From an uncultured delta proteobacterium (GTDB lineage: Bacteria > Myxococcota > Kuafuiibacteriia > Kuafuiibacteriales > Kuafuiibacteriaceae), in contig CAWDML010000005.1 of the NCBI GenBank assembly GCA_963803435.1, forward strand, positions 256,001 through 320,000: a stretch of 64,000 nucleotides of DNA, written 5' to 3'. Both the position numbers and the translations under genes were made by a program. The notes under the pieces were generated by a model that saw nothing but the letters and a program-made list of their open reading frames with translations, was not told the origin of the DNA and made no database searches. Shown in pieces: positions 21,667-32,111 of the stretch (position 1 is the stretch's first letter; each line of letters begins with the position of its first letter).

Positions 21667-22826
21667 TGCGCCTCCGGGGTGGAGCCGTCGGCGAGGACGC
21701 TCAGGCCGTACGTGGCGCCGCCCACGGCGAGGCCCACCAGGAGCTGGATCCACGGCACGTCGTCCTCGCGACCGAGGAGCCAGGTGCCGAGCGACCAGGT
21801 CAGCCCGGCGCCGGCGAAGGCAAGGCCCAGCGGGACGATGGCGACGCCGGACGGATTCACCTGCTGCGTGGACCCGACGCGGGAGGGGTCGTACCCGAAG
21901 CTCAGGAACTCGCTCCCCGTGTCGCAGGGGGCGAAGCACGAGGTCTGGGCGTCGCCGTGCTTGGTGATGCCCACGATCGCGATCGCGATCCCGGCCGCAC
22001 CGAGCGCCACGCCGCCCCAGATCGTCGCCTGTCGTACCACCCCGACGCCGTTCGTCTGCACCACGCCGAGGGCCGCGTCGACGTGCGCGGTCTGGCGGCG
22101 CGAGACGTCGACGGTGGTGCGGAACGGCAGGTATCCCGGGTGCTCGATCTCGATCGTGCGCGTACCGGGCGTGGTCCCCGCCAGCACGGTCGTATCGGCG
22201 CCGGTCACTCCGACGCTCTCTCCGTCGAGCTTGATCGCCGCCCCTTCGACCTCGCAGGCGATCTCGATGTCCCCGTACGGCTCCCAGTGTCCGGCCTCCT
22301 CGAGCTTGGCGGCGAGATCGCGCGTGAACGCGGTGGCCAGGAAGGTGGCGGCCTCCTGCGCGTCGCGCACCTCGCTGCGGAGCGGGGGACCCAGCACCGC
22401 CTGCTCGCTGATCGTGGCCTCCACCTCGTCCTGCCAGCCGGGACGCCGCGCGGCGTCGCGGTGAATGCGGACGGCCGTCGCGAGGTCGACCAACGTCAGC
22501 GAGATCCGGTCCGCCTGCTCGGCGACCGAGACGTTGGAGACGAGGAGCAGATAGCGCGGCTGGTCGGGCGCCTCGCTGCGCCGAGACTTCAGCGCCAGGC
22601 AGGTCAACCGGCCCTTGCAGTCCTCGACCACCAGCTCGTCGAGATCCTGCGGGAAGAAGTCGGTGTGCCGCTTGATCAGATCGCTCGTGATCCGGATGAG
22701 CTCCGACTTGCTGGTCTCCGCCACCTGGCCGGTCGGCGTGCTGACCACCAGCATCAGGGGTACGCGCTCCTGGACGTTGAGCACCTGGGGCTCACCGATC
22801 GTCAGGAGCAGCGCCGCCGGCCACAC
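21663..22826 (-). CDS. PEGA-domain protein with C-terminal hydrophobic helices
   Basis: CEVEGAAIKLDGESVGVT...PGTRTIEIEHPGYLPF PEGA pattern; C-terminal hydrophobic segments. Confidence 0.75.
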   Translation of the reverse strand: MWPAALLLTIGEPQVLNVQERVPLMLVVSTPTGQVAETSKSELIRITSDLIKRHTDFFPQDLDELVVEDCKGRLTCLALKSRRSEAPDQPRYLLLVSNVSVAEQADRISLTLVDLATAVRIHRDAARRPGWQDEVEATISEQAVLGPPLRSEVRDAQEAATFLATAFTRDLAAKLEEAGHWEPYGDIEIACEVEGAAIKLDGESVGVTGADTTVLAGTTPGTRTIEIEHPGYLPFRTTVDVSRRQTAHVDAALGVVQTNGVGVVRQATIWGGVALGAAGIAIAIVGITKHGDAQTSCFAPCDTGSEFLSFGYDPSRVGSTQQVNPSGVAIVPLGLAFAGAGLTWSLGTWLLGREDDVPWIQLLVGLAVGGATYGLSVLADGSTPEAQ

Positions 22827-22884
22827 GCCGGAGATCCTAGTCTGGAACCAAAGCGGCGAGCAAAGCCGGGGTGGACCCGGCCGG

Positions 22885-24294
22885 CTACTCGTCGCTCTTC
22901 TTGTCGGCCTCCAGCTTGCGGTAGATCGTCCGCGCCGCGATCCCCAGGAGCTGGGCGGCCAGGCTCTTGTCGCCGTCGGTCTCCCGGAGCGTCTCGCGGA
23001 TCATGACCCGCTCGACCTCCTCGAGTTTGGTCCCGATCGGGATCACGACGCTCGCGCCCTGTCGCTGGATGGAGTCGGAGCGCTGGTCGGCCCGCTGGAG
23101 CGGTCCTGGAAGATCGCGCGGGCTGATGACCTCGTTCCGCGTGAGCACGACGGCCCGCTCGATCACGTTCTCGAGCTCGCGGACGTTGCCCGGCCAGCGG
23201 TAGCGGCGCAGGGTCTCGCGGGCCTCGTCGGTCATGCCTTCGATGCGCTTGTTGTTCTTCTTGGCGTAGAGCCGGACGAAGTGCTCGGCGATCAGCGGGA
23301 TATCCTCGGGGCGCTCGCGCAGCGGCGGGAGCTCGATGGCGATGACGTTGAGGCGGTAGAAGAGATCCTCGCGGAACTTGCCCTCGCGAACCTCGCTCTC
23401 GAGATCGCGGTTGGTGGCGGCCACCAGGCGGAAGTCGACGCGGATGGTCTCGTTCCCGCCGACGCGCTCGAACTCCGACTCCTGGAGCACCCGCAGCAGC
23501 TTGGCCTGCACGGCCGGAGAGAGCTCGCCGACCTCGTCGAGGAAGAGCGTGCCGCCCTGCGCGCGCTCGATGCGGCCCTCCTTCTTCTGGCCGGCTCCGG
23601 TGAACGCGCCCTTCTCGTGTCCGAAGAGCTCCGACTCCAGGATGGCCTCGGGGAGCGCGGCGCAGTTCACGATCACCATCGGACCGCCGACGCGCGGCGA
23701 CTGCTCGTGGATCGCGCGCGCCAGGAGCTCCTTGCCGGTGCCGGACTCGCCGTGGAGGAGCACGGTGGCGGTGCTCGGCGCGGACTGCTGGACCAGCTCC
23801 ATCGTCGCCAGCATCGCCGGCGAGCGGCCGATGATCGGGCGTCCGCGCACGCTGTCGGGGGACGCCTCGGCCAGCTCCTTCCGGAGCATCACGTTCTCGG
23901 CCCGCAGCGACTGGGCCTCGAGGGCGCGCTCGACCACGCGCTTGATCAGCGCCGACTTGAACGGCTTCTGGATGAAGTCGTACGCGCCCTCGCGCATCGC
24001 CTCCACCGCCGCCTCCACAGTGCCATAGGCGGTCATCACGATGACGTCGACCTCGGGCCGGATCGCGCGCGCGGCGCGGAGGAGCTCCTGGCCGGTCATG
24101 CCGGGCATCATCAGATCGGAGAGGATGAGCTGGACCCGCTCCTTGCGGACAATCTCGAGCGCCAGCTCTCCCGAGGGCGCGGTGTGGACCTCGGCGCCGT
24201 CCTTCTCGAAGAGACGGCGCAGCGAGATGAGGTGCTCGGCTTCATCGTCGGCGACGAGGAGAACGGCGCCTTCCAGGTTGGACTTCTCCGACAC
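22885..24294 (-). CDS. Sigma54-dependent response regulator (NtrC family: REC-AAA+-Fis HTH)
   Basis: ADDE...SDLMMPG receiver, [55 protein letters not shown]. Confidence 0.95.
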   Translation of the reverse strand: MSEKSNLEGAVLLVADDEAEHLISLRRLFEKDGAEVHTAPSGELALEIVRKERVQLILSDLMMPGMTGQELLRAARAIRPEVDVIVMTAYGTVEAAVEAMREGAYDFIQKPFKSALIKRVVERALEAQSLRAENVMLRKELAEASPDSVRGRPIIGRSPAMLATMELVQQSAPSTATVLLHGESGTGKELLARAIHEQSPRVGGPMVIVNCAALPEAILESELFGHEKGAFTGAGQKKEGRIERAQGGTLFLDEVGELSPAVQAKLLRVLQESEFERVGGNETIRVDFRLVAATNRDLESEVREGKFREDLFYRLNVIAIELPPLRERPEDIPLIAEHFVRLYAKKNNKRIEGMTDEARETLRRYRWPGNVRELENVIERAVVLTRNEVISPRDLPGPLQRADQRSDSIQRQGASVVIPIGTKLEEVERVMIRETLRETDGDKSLAAQLLGIAARTIYRKLEADKKSDE

Positions 24295-24337
24295 GTCGTT
24301 TTGCGCTCGTCAGGCGGGCAACACCCCCGCCGATCGA

Positions 24338-26950
24338 TCAATTCCGGCGGCGGCGCAGGAAGAGGGCGGCCAGGAGCAGGAGCCCGGCCGGGAGCCCGGC
24401 GCTGCTGCGCGTGGTGGTGCAGCCGCACGCGCCCGCTTCGTCGCCCGCGCTGGCGCCGCTGAGCCCGAGCCGCACGCGTGCGATCTTGCTCTCGTTCCGG
24501 GCGGCGTCGCGGGCCTTCAGCTCGAGCGCGTCGGTGCCGCCGAGGTCGGCCAGCTCGATGGCCGCCATCGCCGAGGTGGCACCCGTCCGCAGCACCGGAA
24601 CCTCGAACCAGTCGTCGGTGGTCCGGGCGAACAGCCGGAGCGTGGAGCCGTCGGTCGTCAGCGCGTCCTCGATCCGGACCTCGACCGCGTGCTCGCCGAT
24701 GGTGGCGGACACCCGCGGCGGGACCGGATCGACGGTGGCCTCCAGCGAGACCGGCGTGGGGTCGAGCGTCTCGTAGTCGTCGGCGTAGCGGGCGCGGACG
24801 TCGATCGTGTGGTGCCCGGGCATCTTCAGCTTGGGATCGGCGACCACGATCGTGCCGTCCGGATGCGCGGTCATCGCCGAGCGCCACAGGCCGTTGTCGG
24901 TCCGGACCTGGTACTCGAGCCCGGCCAGGAGCGACGAGGAGCGCCCCCCGCCGACGTCGAGCCGGACGCGGCCGGTCGAGTGGTTCACGCCGTCGATCCG
25001 ATCGATGAGCTCGGGATCGTCGTGGAGCGCGGCGAAGGTCTCGGCGGATCGTGAGAGGTTCCCGCCGGGCGTGTCGGTGAACGTCATCGTCAGCGTCAGG
25101 TAGTCCTGCTGCACGCCGTCGCGGAAGATGTCGTTGATGCGCATGTAGATCGGCGCACCGCCGAGCGCGTTGGAGACCGCGTCCGTGAGGTCGACGTCGA
25201 AGACCAGCGCCTGGTTGAGAACCGCGCCCAGGGCCAGGTCGAGCAGCGTGGGCAGGACCTCCGCGAAGTCGGCGTTGGGGAGCAGCTCGTTGAACTCCTC
25301 GTCGAAGTTGTCGATGCGGAGCTCACCGACCGCGACCTCCAGGGAGTTGTCGGGGAGGATGTTGACGTTGAGGCCCACGAAGACGTCGGCGGTGACCTCG
25401 AAGATGCGGACGTAGCGATCGTGGATCAGCACGTGGAACGCGATCCCGATCTGCTCCAGTCGCAGCTTCAGCAGCCAGTCGTAGATGTCCTTGCCCATGT
25501 TGTCCTGGCCGATCAGGTCGCCGGAGCCGAGCTCGATCCAGCCCGGCTTGCGCGGCTTGAGCTCGAGGATCACCGGCGCGGTGTCTTCCGCGACCTTCGA
25601 CAGATCCGAGGCGAGGATCGAGAGCAGGGAGGCGTTGAGCGTGAACTTGCCGCCGGTGAGCTCGCGGATGTCGGCGCTGCCCAGCTTGATGCAGAGCGAG
25701 CCGGACCGGTGGGCCGAGTAGAGGACCTGGTTCAGGAAGCTCGAGGCGAGCGTGGCGCCCACGTGGTAGGGGCGACCCATCGAGTCGGTGCCGGCGAGGA
25801 CGGGCACCGGCCCGCGGGTGGAGACGAAGTCGTCGAGGTCGCCGATGCAGTCGGCGATCGGGCCCTCGGCGCCGCCGTCCAGCGTGAGCTCCATGCCGAG
25901 CCCGTTGCCGCGATCGAGGACCGGGAAGCGGCCCGGCTCGGGCGCGACCAGCACGCCGATGGGGTTCGCACCCTTGAGCGCGGCGATGCCGGCGACGTCG
26001 GCCAGCGCCAGCTGCGTCTCCAGCTTGGCGGAGCTGCCGTTGAGCCCGTTGAGGGCGTCGGAGACGATGTTCTCCACGATCGGGCGCAGGAGGTTGTTGA
26101 GGAGCGGCTTGATCAGATCGATCAGCGCGCCCACCAGGCTGAGGAGGCCGTCGGTGATGCCGCCGCAGAAGATGTCGCACTCGCCGCAGGCACCGCCCGG
26201 ATCGAGGCAAGTGCCGAAGGCATCGAGGACGCAGTCCTGGCACTCGGGCTCGCTGCAGTAGTCGCCCACGTGGATGTCCAGGTCGTTGATCGAGGCGTCC
26301 CCGACGTTCACCTGGACGTCGAGGTCGTAGTCCGGCTGCGGGCCCACGCCGGGATCGATGAGGGCGTCGATCGAGATCTCGGCCGCGTGGTTGAGCGGCC
26401 CCGGGCCGAACGGTCCCAGATCACCGACGATCGGACACGAGCTGGTGGTCCCGGCCACGTCCTCGTGGAGGTTCATCCGCACGCCCAGACGCATGTTGGT
26501 GAGCATGAGGTGGACGTCGTTCGGCTCCTCGAAGCGGATGTCGAGGCGGTTGCTGAGGTCGTCGAGCCAGATGAGGGCCTCGCCGTTGCGGAGCTTGGCG
26601 TCCGCGACGCCGACGTCGAAGAGATCCTGGTTGGGGATCGGGATGTGGATGACGCCGTCGCCGTCGATGGAGAGACCTGCGGTCTGCCCGATCTGCGACT
26701 GGATCAGCCCGGGGAGCTGCGGTTTGATGAAGTCGAGAAAGTCTTGCGTGATGCGGACCCGGACCGATTCGTTCTGGACGATCGCGTCGGGCCGGTTGGG
26801 ATCGTTGATCGGGTACTGGTAGGAGCCGTCGCCGCACCCGCCGCACCCGCCTCCGCCTCCGCAGCCGCCGCCGCCGCTGCAGGACATGGCGAGCAACAGG
26901 CCCGCGGCCGCGAGCTTCGCCAAAAGGCTGGGGAGGCGACGGGAGGGCAT
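24338..26950 (-). CDS. Large exported protein, probable LBP/BPI (TULIP)-like lipid-binding fold, with Cys-rich insert and MYXO-CTERM-type C-terminus
   Basis: Lipobox-like LAMSC then GGGGCGGGGGCGGCG; VRVRITQDFLDFI and ASSFLNQVLYSAHRSGSLC resemble BPI/LBP repeats; ends GACGCTTTRSSAGLPAGLLLLAALFLRRRRN. Confidence 0.7.
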   Translation of the reverse strand: MPSRRLPSLLAKLAAAGLLLAMSCSGGGGCGGGGGCGGCGDGSYQYPINDPNRPDAIVQNESVRVRITQDFLDFIKPQLPGLIQSQIGQTAGLSIDGDGVIHIPIPNQDLFDVGVADAKLRNGEALIWLDDLSNRLDIRFEEPNDVHLMLTNMRLGVRMNLHEDVAGTTSSCPIVGDLGPFGPGPLNHAAEISIDALIDPGVGPQPDYDLDVQVNVGDASINDLDIHVGDYCSEPECQDCVLDAFGTCLDPGGACGECDIFCGGITDGLLSLVGALIDLIKPLLNNLLRPIVENIVSDALNGLNGSSAKLETQLALADVAGIAALKGANPIGVLVAPEPGRFPVLDRGNGLGMELTLDGGAEGPIADCIGDLDDFVSTRGPVPVLAGTDSMGRPYHVGATLASSFLNQVLYSAHRSGSLCIKLGSADIRELTGGKFTLNASLLSILASDLSKVAEDTAPVILELKPRKPGWIELGSGDLIGQDNMGKDIYDWLLKLRLEQIGIAFHVLIHDRYVRIFEVTADVFVGLNVNILPDNSLEVAVGELRIDNFDEEFNELLPNADFAEVLPTLLDLALGAVLNQALVFDVDLTDAVSNALGGAPIYMRINDIFRDGVQQDYLTLTMTFTDTPGGNLSRSAETFAALHDDPELIDRIDGVNHSTGRVRLDVGGGRSSSLLAGLEYQVRTDNGLWRSAMTAHPDGTIVVADPKLKMPGHHTIDVRARYADDYETLDPTPVSLEATVDPVPPRVSATIGEHAVEVRIEDALTTDGSTLRLFARTTDDWFEVPVLRTGATSAMAAIELADLGGTDALELKARDAARNESKIARVRLGLSGASAGDEAGACGCTTTRSSAGLPAGLLLLAALFLRRRRN

Positions 26951-26982
26951 TGGAAGATCATCGTAGGTTGTCCCCCAAGTGT

Positions 26983-27021
26983 GCGTCAAAGCGTCACATG
27001 GCGTCAGTTGACCGGTATACT
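26983..27021. promoter_or_regulatory. Three GCGTCA direct repeats plus TATACT in a divergent intergenic region; possible transcription-factor site
   Basis: GCGTCA at 26983, 26991 and 27001; TATACT at 27016. Confidence 0.35.
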
Positions 27022-27059
27022 TCCCCCCTACAGCCCGGAGTGCTCAGATTCGCCCCGTC

Positions 27060-27779
27060 ATGAGCGGCGACGACGACCGTGAGAACGACCCGATGGCCCC
27101 GGAGGCTTGGTACGCGGAGCCGGAGGTGTGCGGGAGCTGCATCGCGTGGCGGCCGGGCGAGGCCAAGCCGGGCGATGAGGTCGCCACCGGATCGTGCCGC
27201 CTGCGCCCCGAGCTCGGCCGCGTACCGGCGTCGCTGAAGCTGTGCAACCTCTACAAGCCGCGGGGCCAGTTCGTGTACCTGCCGAAGAAGGAGAAGGAGC
27301 CGAGGCGGCGCCGGGCGGCCGCGCCCAAGGTGCTCCGCCGCTCCGAGGCCGGAGAGATGGTGGAGACCGCGCCGCCGCCGGTCGCGTACGTGCGCAAGGA
27401 GGCACCGCCCGAAGAGACGTACGTGCCGCCGAAGGACATCGACCTCGGCGACGATGCAAGCCTTCCTGCAGTCCGCGCCACCTTCCGCGACCTGATCCGC
27501 GAGGAGCTCGGCAACAGCCGGCGCGAGATGCAGCGAAAGTTCAAGGGCGGCTCCGTCAAGGTCGCGATCCGGACCGGGCCGTACCTCGAGCATGCCCCCG
27601 ACCTGCTCTTCGCCGTCCTCGATCGGCTCAAGTCCTCGCTCGACACGCTGGAGGAGAAGCTCGAGCATCACCCGCAGCTGAACGGCGAGGTGGAGCAGGT
27701 GAAGCGGATCCGTGGCAGCTTCACGACGTTCAACGTGATCTGGGCGGATCGCGAGGATTACTTCACCGGGAAGGAATAG
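27060..27779 (+). CDS. Conserved hypothetical protein with N-terminal Cys4 (Zn-binding-like) module
   Basis: CGSC...GSC...LC; C-terminal DRLKSSLDTLEEKLEHH...RIRGSFTTFNVIWADREDYFTG resembles a widespread uncharacterised family. Confidence 0.7.
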   Translation: MSGDDDRENDPMAPEAWYAEPEVCGSCIAWRPGEAKPGDEVATGSCRLRPELGRVPASLKLCNLYKPRGQFVYLPKKEKEPRRRRAAAPKVLRRSEAGEMVETAPPPVAYVRKEAPPEETYVPPKDIDLGDDASLPAVRATFRDLIREELGNSRREMQRKFKGGSVKVAIRTGPYLEHAPDLLFAVLDRLKSSLDTLEEKLEHHPQLNGEVEQVKRIRGSFTTFNVIWADREDYFTGKE

Positions 27780-27821
27780 TCCGTTGACTGCGCCAACCCT
27801 TGGGGATGAAAAGGCAAGCCC

Positions 27822-29411
27822 GTGATTCCGCGCGAGAAGGACAACGTCGTCTACATCGACTCCGACAGCGCTCCGCGCATCATCCACTCCGGTGAGGACT
27901 TCCTGTACGAGCACCTGCCGATCGGCACCCGGGTCGTCTATCCCAACCCCCCGATGCGCGGGCTCCCCCACCCCGACGCCGCCATCCGCTACGCGCTCAA
28001 TCACCCCGAGCAAATGGAGCCGCTGCACGCATTGCTCGAGCCCTCGATGAAGGTGTGCATCGTCCTCGACGACATCTCGCTGCCGCTCCCCCGGATGGTG
28101 CTCCCCGACGTCCGCCAGCGCGTCCTCGAGATCGTGCTGGGGATGTGCGGGGACCACGGCGTCGACGACATCGACCTCCTGATCGCGAACGCGCTCCACC
28201 GCCGTATGACGCCGGACGAGATGAAGCGGATGGTCGGGAGCAAGATCTTCGAGCGCTTCTACCCGAAGCGGTACCTCAACCACGACGCCGAGGATCCGGA
28301 GGCGATCGTCACCATCGGCGAGACCGAGCAGGGCGAGGTGGTCAAGACGCACCGCCTCTGCGCCGAGGCCGACCTGGTCATCTACGTGAACATCAACTTC
28401 GTGCCCATGGACGGCGGGCACAAGTCGATGGGGATCGGCACCACCGACTATCAGGGGCTCAAGGCCCACCACAACCCGAAGACCATGCTCGACTGCGACT
28501 CGTACATGGATCCGAAGAAGAGCGAGCTGGCCAACAGCGGCAACCGGATCGGACGCGTCATCGATCAGCACCTCAAGGTCTTCCACATCGAGACCGCCCT
28601 CAACAACCGGATGTACGACCGGAAGATGGAGTTCCTCGGAAAGAACGAAGACGACTTCTCCGAGTTCGATCGGTTGGCCTTCCAGTCGCTACGCTGGACG
28701 CTCAAGCGGGTCCCGCGGGCCGCCAAGCGCGAGGTGTTCCACCGCGTGCCCGCACCCTACGAGCTGATCGCGGTGCACGCGGGCGCCACCGAGCCCACGC
28801 ACGAGAAGATCCTGGCGAAGAACTTCGAGCAGTACTCGGTCCCGCTGAAGGGCCAGTGCGATGTCTTGATCGCCGGCGTACCGTTCATCAGCCCGTACAA
28901 CGTCAACTCGATCCTAAACCCGCTCTTGGTCCAGGTGATGACCTGCGGCTATCTCTACAACCTCTACCGGGGCGCGCCGGTCGTGCGCGACGGCGGCGTG
29001 GTGATCCTGGCGCATCCGCTTCACGACGACTGGGACCAGCGGTTCCATCCCAGCTACATCGAGTTCTTTCACCGCTGCCTGCCGGAGACGCGCGACTCGT
29101 TCCAGCTGCACAAGCGATTCGAGCGCGAGTTCGCCGAGAATCCCACGTACATCGAGATGTACCGCCGCGGAAACGCGTATCACGGCGCCCATCCCTTCTA
29201 CATGTGGTACTGGGGGGACGCAGGGAGAAAGCGGATCGGCAAGTTCATCTGCGTGGGCGCCGAGAACGATCACGTGGCGGAGCTGCTCGGCTGGGAGACG
29301 GCGCCGACGCTCCACGACGCGATCGAGCGCGCCAAGGATCTGACGAAGCCGAACCCGGACATCACGATGATGCACATCCCCCCCGTGATGGTTTGTGACG
29401 TGGCGCCTTGA
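27822..29411 (+). CDS. Lactate-racemase (LarA/DUF2088) domain protein
   Basis: IRYALNHP, KVCIVLDDISLP, IANALHRRMT, NHDAED, GETEQGE, MDGGHKS. Confidence 0.85.
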   Translation: MIPREKDNVVYIDSDSAPRIIHSGEDFLYEHLPIGTRVVYPNPPMRGLPHPDAAIRYALNHPEQMEPLHALLEPSMKVCIVLDDISLPLPRMVLPDVRQRVLEIVLGMCGDHGVDDIDLLIANALHRRMTPDEMKRMVGSKIFERFYPKRYLNHDAEDPEAIVTIGETEQGEVVKTHRLCAEADLVIYVNINFVPMDGGHKSMGIGTTDYQGLKAHHNPKTMLDCDSYMDPKKSELANSGNRIGRVIDQHLKVFHIETALNNRMYDRKMEFLGKNEDDFSEFDRLAFQSLRWTLKRVPRAAKREVFHRVPAPYELIAVHAGATEPTHEKILAKNFEQYSVPLKGQCDVLIAGVPFISPYNVNSILNPLLVQVMTCGYLYNLYRGAPVVRDGGVVILAHPLHDDWDQRFHPSYIEFFHRCLPETRDSFQLHKRFEREFAENPTYIEMYRRGNAYHGAHPFYMWYWGDAGRKRIGKFICVGAENDHVAELLGWETAPTLHDAIERAKDLTKPNPDITMMHIPPVMVCDVAP

Positions 29412-29430
29412 TCCCATGAGGAGCGGAGCG

Positions 29431-30096
29431 ATGCAGCAGAGCGCGGCGTTCTACGACATGGACGGCACCCTGGTCTCGACGAACCTGGTGCACTCGTACC
29501 TGTTCATGTCGATGAACGACGTCTCCATCCCGAAGAGCATCGCCAAGACCGCCGCGGGCATCGCCAAGATCCCGGCGTTCATGGCGGTCGATCAGATCAG
29601 CCGGATCGCGTTCAACGAGATGCTCTTCGCGGGCTTCGCCGGGAGCTTCGAGGATCGCCTCCTCGAGTTCGCCGAGGACCACTTCCAGAAGGTCCTCGAA
29701 CCCAACATCTTCCCGGGCGCCTACGACCTGGTGCAGAACGCCCGGAAGAAAGGCCTGCGCCAGGTGATCGTCAGCGGCAGCGTCGACTTCATGGTGGCGC
29801 CGCTCGCACGTCACCTCGGGATCGACGACATCATCACGAACCGCCTGGAGATGCGGAACGGCGTGGCCACCGGCCGGCTGATCAAGCCGGTGGTCGCCGG
29901 CGCCAACAAGGCGCGCTTCATCCAGGAGTACGCCAAGGCCCACAACCTCGACCTCCTGGAGAGCTACGGCTTCTCCGACAGCTTCTCCGACTATTCCATG
30001 CTGGCCGTGGTCGGCCGTCCGGCCGCCGTCAATCCCGACCGTCGGCTGCGGCGCGCCGCCACCGAGCACCGCTGGCCGATCCTGGACGTGCGCTGA
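29431..30096 (+). CDS. HAD-IB family hydrolase (SerB-like phosphatase)
   Basis: AAFYDMDGTL motif I, IVSGS motif II, K, FSDSFSD motif IV, AVNPDRRL. Confidence 0.9.
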   Translation: MQQSAAFYDMDGTLVSTNLVHSYLFMSMNDVSIPKSIAKTAAGIAKIPAFMAVDQISRIAFNEMLFAGFAGSFEDRLLEFAEDHFQKVLEPNIFPGAYDLVQNARKKGLRQVIVSGSVDFMVAPLARHLGIDDIITNRLEMRNGVATGRLIKPVVAGANKARFIQEYAKAHNLDLLESYGFSDSFSDYSMLAVVGRPAAVNPDRRLRRAATEHRWPILDVR

Positions 30097-30103
30097 GGGT
30101 CTG

Positions 30104-32107
30104 ATGAGGAGCGCACAGCCAGGGCGTTCGCGCGACGGCTGGTTGGCCGGGCTCCTCCTCTCGCTGGCACCGATCCCTCCGGTCCTCCACTCGGCGATCA
30201 CGCACGTCGCGCCCTCCGGGTGGCACTGGGCGCCGATCGGTACCGCCAGCGCGTTCATCGCCATCGCCGGCGTGCTCCTCCTCGCCACCCGCTCGGGCGG
30301 ACGCGTGCTGGCGACCGCCGGCATCCTGCTGACCGTCGGCAGCTTCGGGGTGCAGCTGGCCACCCGCCCGGGTCCGGCGTTCTTCGTGGGCGTGCTGGTG
30401 ATGGCGATCCTCTCCCGGCTGTGGTCCGACCCACCGCTCGACGATCCCCGGCCCGACGCGCTCTCGATGGCCAAGGGCGCGCTCCTCCCCGCGATCCTGG
30501 TCTGGTTCGTGGTCGGGCCCGGCGCAGTGACGGGCGACTCGATCTCGGTGGCCTGCGCGCTGATCACCGGCGGTCTGGCCGAGCTCTTCACGCTGATCGC
30601 GCTCTTGCGGGGCGCCGTGCGTGCACCCGCGCTCTACGTGGTGCTGCCGCTGGCGACGATCGTGCTCCTCGCCGGAATGTTGCGGCTCCACCACGAGGAC
30701 GCCCTGGCAGCGGCGCCGCTCCTGGTGCTCTTGATCCTGCTCTTCTCAGGCGAGCGCCAGGCGGCCCAGACGCCGGAGACCTTCTGGGAGCAGCTGCTCG
30801 CGAACCCCGCGCCGCTCCTGGTCGCGACCTTCGTCGCGCTCGGCCTGACCGGTGCCATCCTGCTCTGGATCCCGGTCTCGACGACCCACCTGGGCGGGAT
30901 CGACTTCATCGACTCGCTCTTCACCTCGATCAGCGCGTGCTGCGTCACCGGCCTGATCGTGCTGGATACGCCCGTCGACTTCACCTTCTTCGGGCAGGCG
31001 ACGATCGCGGTGCTGATCCAGGTCGGCGGCCTCGGGATCATGACCTTCTCCACCGCCACCCTGGCGCTGCTCCGCCGTCGCGCCAGCATGCGGCACGAGC
31101 GCGCGCTCGCCGATCTGATCGGCGCCGAGGGCCGCGAGGAGACGATGCGCGCCGTGCGGGAGATCCTGATCGTCACGTTCACGGCCGAGCTGATCGGCGC
31201 GACCGTCCTGGCGTTCCGATTCGTCGTGCATCACGGCGATCCGGTGGGACGCGGGATCTGGCGGGCCTGCTTCACCGCCATCTCGGCGTTCTGCAACGCC
31301 GGCTTCGCGCTCCAGAGCGACAACCTCATCACCTACCAGAACGATCCGATCGTGCTCCACGCCGTGGCCGCGCTGGTCCTGCTCGGTGGGCTGGGCCCGG
31401 CGATCGTGGTGGTGCTGCCGGGGATCGTCCGGCGCGGCCGCTTCAACGCCTACCAGGCGCTGGTGCTGGTCACGACGGCCTTCCTGCTGGTGGCCCCGTT
31501 CGTCGCCTTCTCCGCGATCGAGTGGAACAACACGCTGGCGGGCCTCTCGATCCCGGCGCGCCTGCACAACGCCTGGCTCCAGGTGGTCTCGCCTCGCACC
31601 GCCGGCTTCAACTCGATCGACACGTCGGGGCTGCATCCGGCGACGGTCTTGATGATGATGGCGCTGATGTTCATCGGCGGCAGCCCGGGCTCGACCGCGG
31701 GCGGCATCAAGACCACCTCGTTCGCGATCCTCTTCCTGGGCGTGGTCTCGGTGATGCGCGGCGCCCCCTATGCGACGGTCCACCTGCGGCGGATCTCGCA
31801 CCGCACCGTGTACAAGGCGATCGCAGTGACGGCCTGCGGATTCATCGTGATCGGCGCGGCTTCGACGGCCCTGCTCTTGACGCAGGACATCGAGCCGATG
31901 ACCGCCATCTTCGAGGTCATCTCCGCGCTCGGGACTGTCGGCCTGTCGCTGGGCGCCACCTCGCAGCTCGACGTCGTCGGTAAGGTCGTGATCATCGGTT
32001 GTATGTTCGCGGGGCGTGTCGGCCCTCTCACGCTCCTGTTGCTCCTCCGAGAGCCCGAGTCCGGCGCCCGCTGGACGCTCCCGGAGGAGCAGATTCCGGT
32101 GGGTTGA
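30104..32107 (+). CDS. ktrB: Trk/Ktr K+ uptake membrane subunit (KtrB/TrkH) with long N-terminal TM extension
   Basis: Four pore loops: SACCVTGL, SAFCNAGF, PRTAGFN, SALGTVGLS; also MFIGGSPGSTAGGIKT and MFAGRVG. Confidence 0.9.
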   Translation: MRSAQPGRSRDGWLAGLLLSLAPIPPVLHSAITHVAPSGWHWAPIGTASAFIAIAGVLLLATRSGGRVLATAGILLTVGSFGVQLATRPGPAFFVGVLVMAILSRLWSDPPLDDPRPDALSMAKGALLPAILVWFVVGPGAVTGDSISVACALITGGLAELFTLIALLRGAVRAPALYVVLPLATIVLLAGMLRLHHEDALAAAPLLVLLILLFSGERQAAQTPETFWEQLLANPAPLLVATFVALGLTGAILLWIPVSTTHLGGIDFIDSLFTSISACCVTGLIVLDTPVDFTFFGQATIAVLIQVGGLGIMTFSTATLALLRRRASMRHERALADLIGAEGREETMRAVREILIVTFTAELIGATVLAFRFVVHHGDPVGRGIWRACFTAISAFCNAGFALQSDNLITYQNDPIVLHAVAALVLLGGLGPAIVVVLPGIVRRGRFNAYQALVLVTTAFLLVAPFVAFSAIEWNNTLAGLSIPARLHNAWLQVVSPRTAGFNSIDTSGLHPATVLMMMALMFIGGSPGSTAGGIKTTSFAILFLGVVSVMRGAPYATVHLRRISHRTVYKAIAVTACGFIVIGAASTALLLTQDIEPMTAIFEVISALGTVGLSLGATSQLDVVGKVVIIGCMFAGRVGPLTLLLLLREPESGARWTLPEEQIPVG

Positions 32108-32111
32108 TCCA

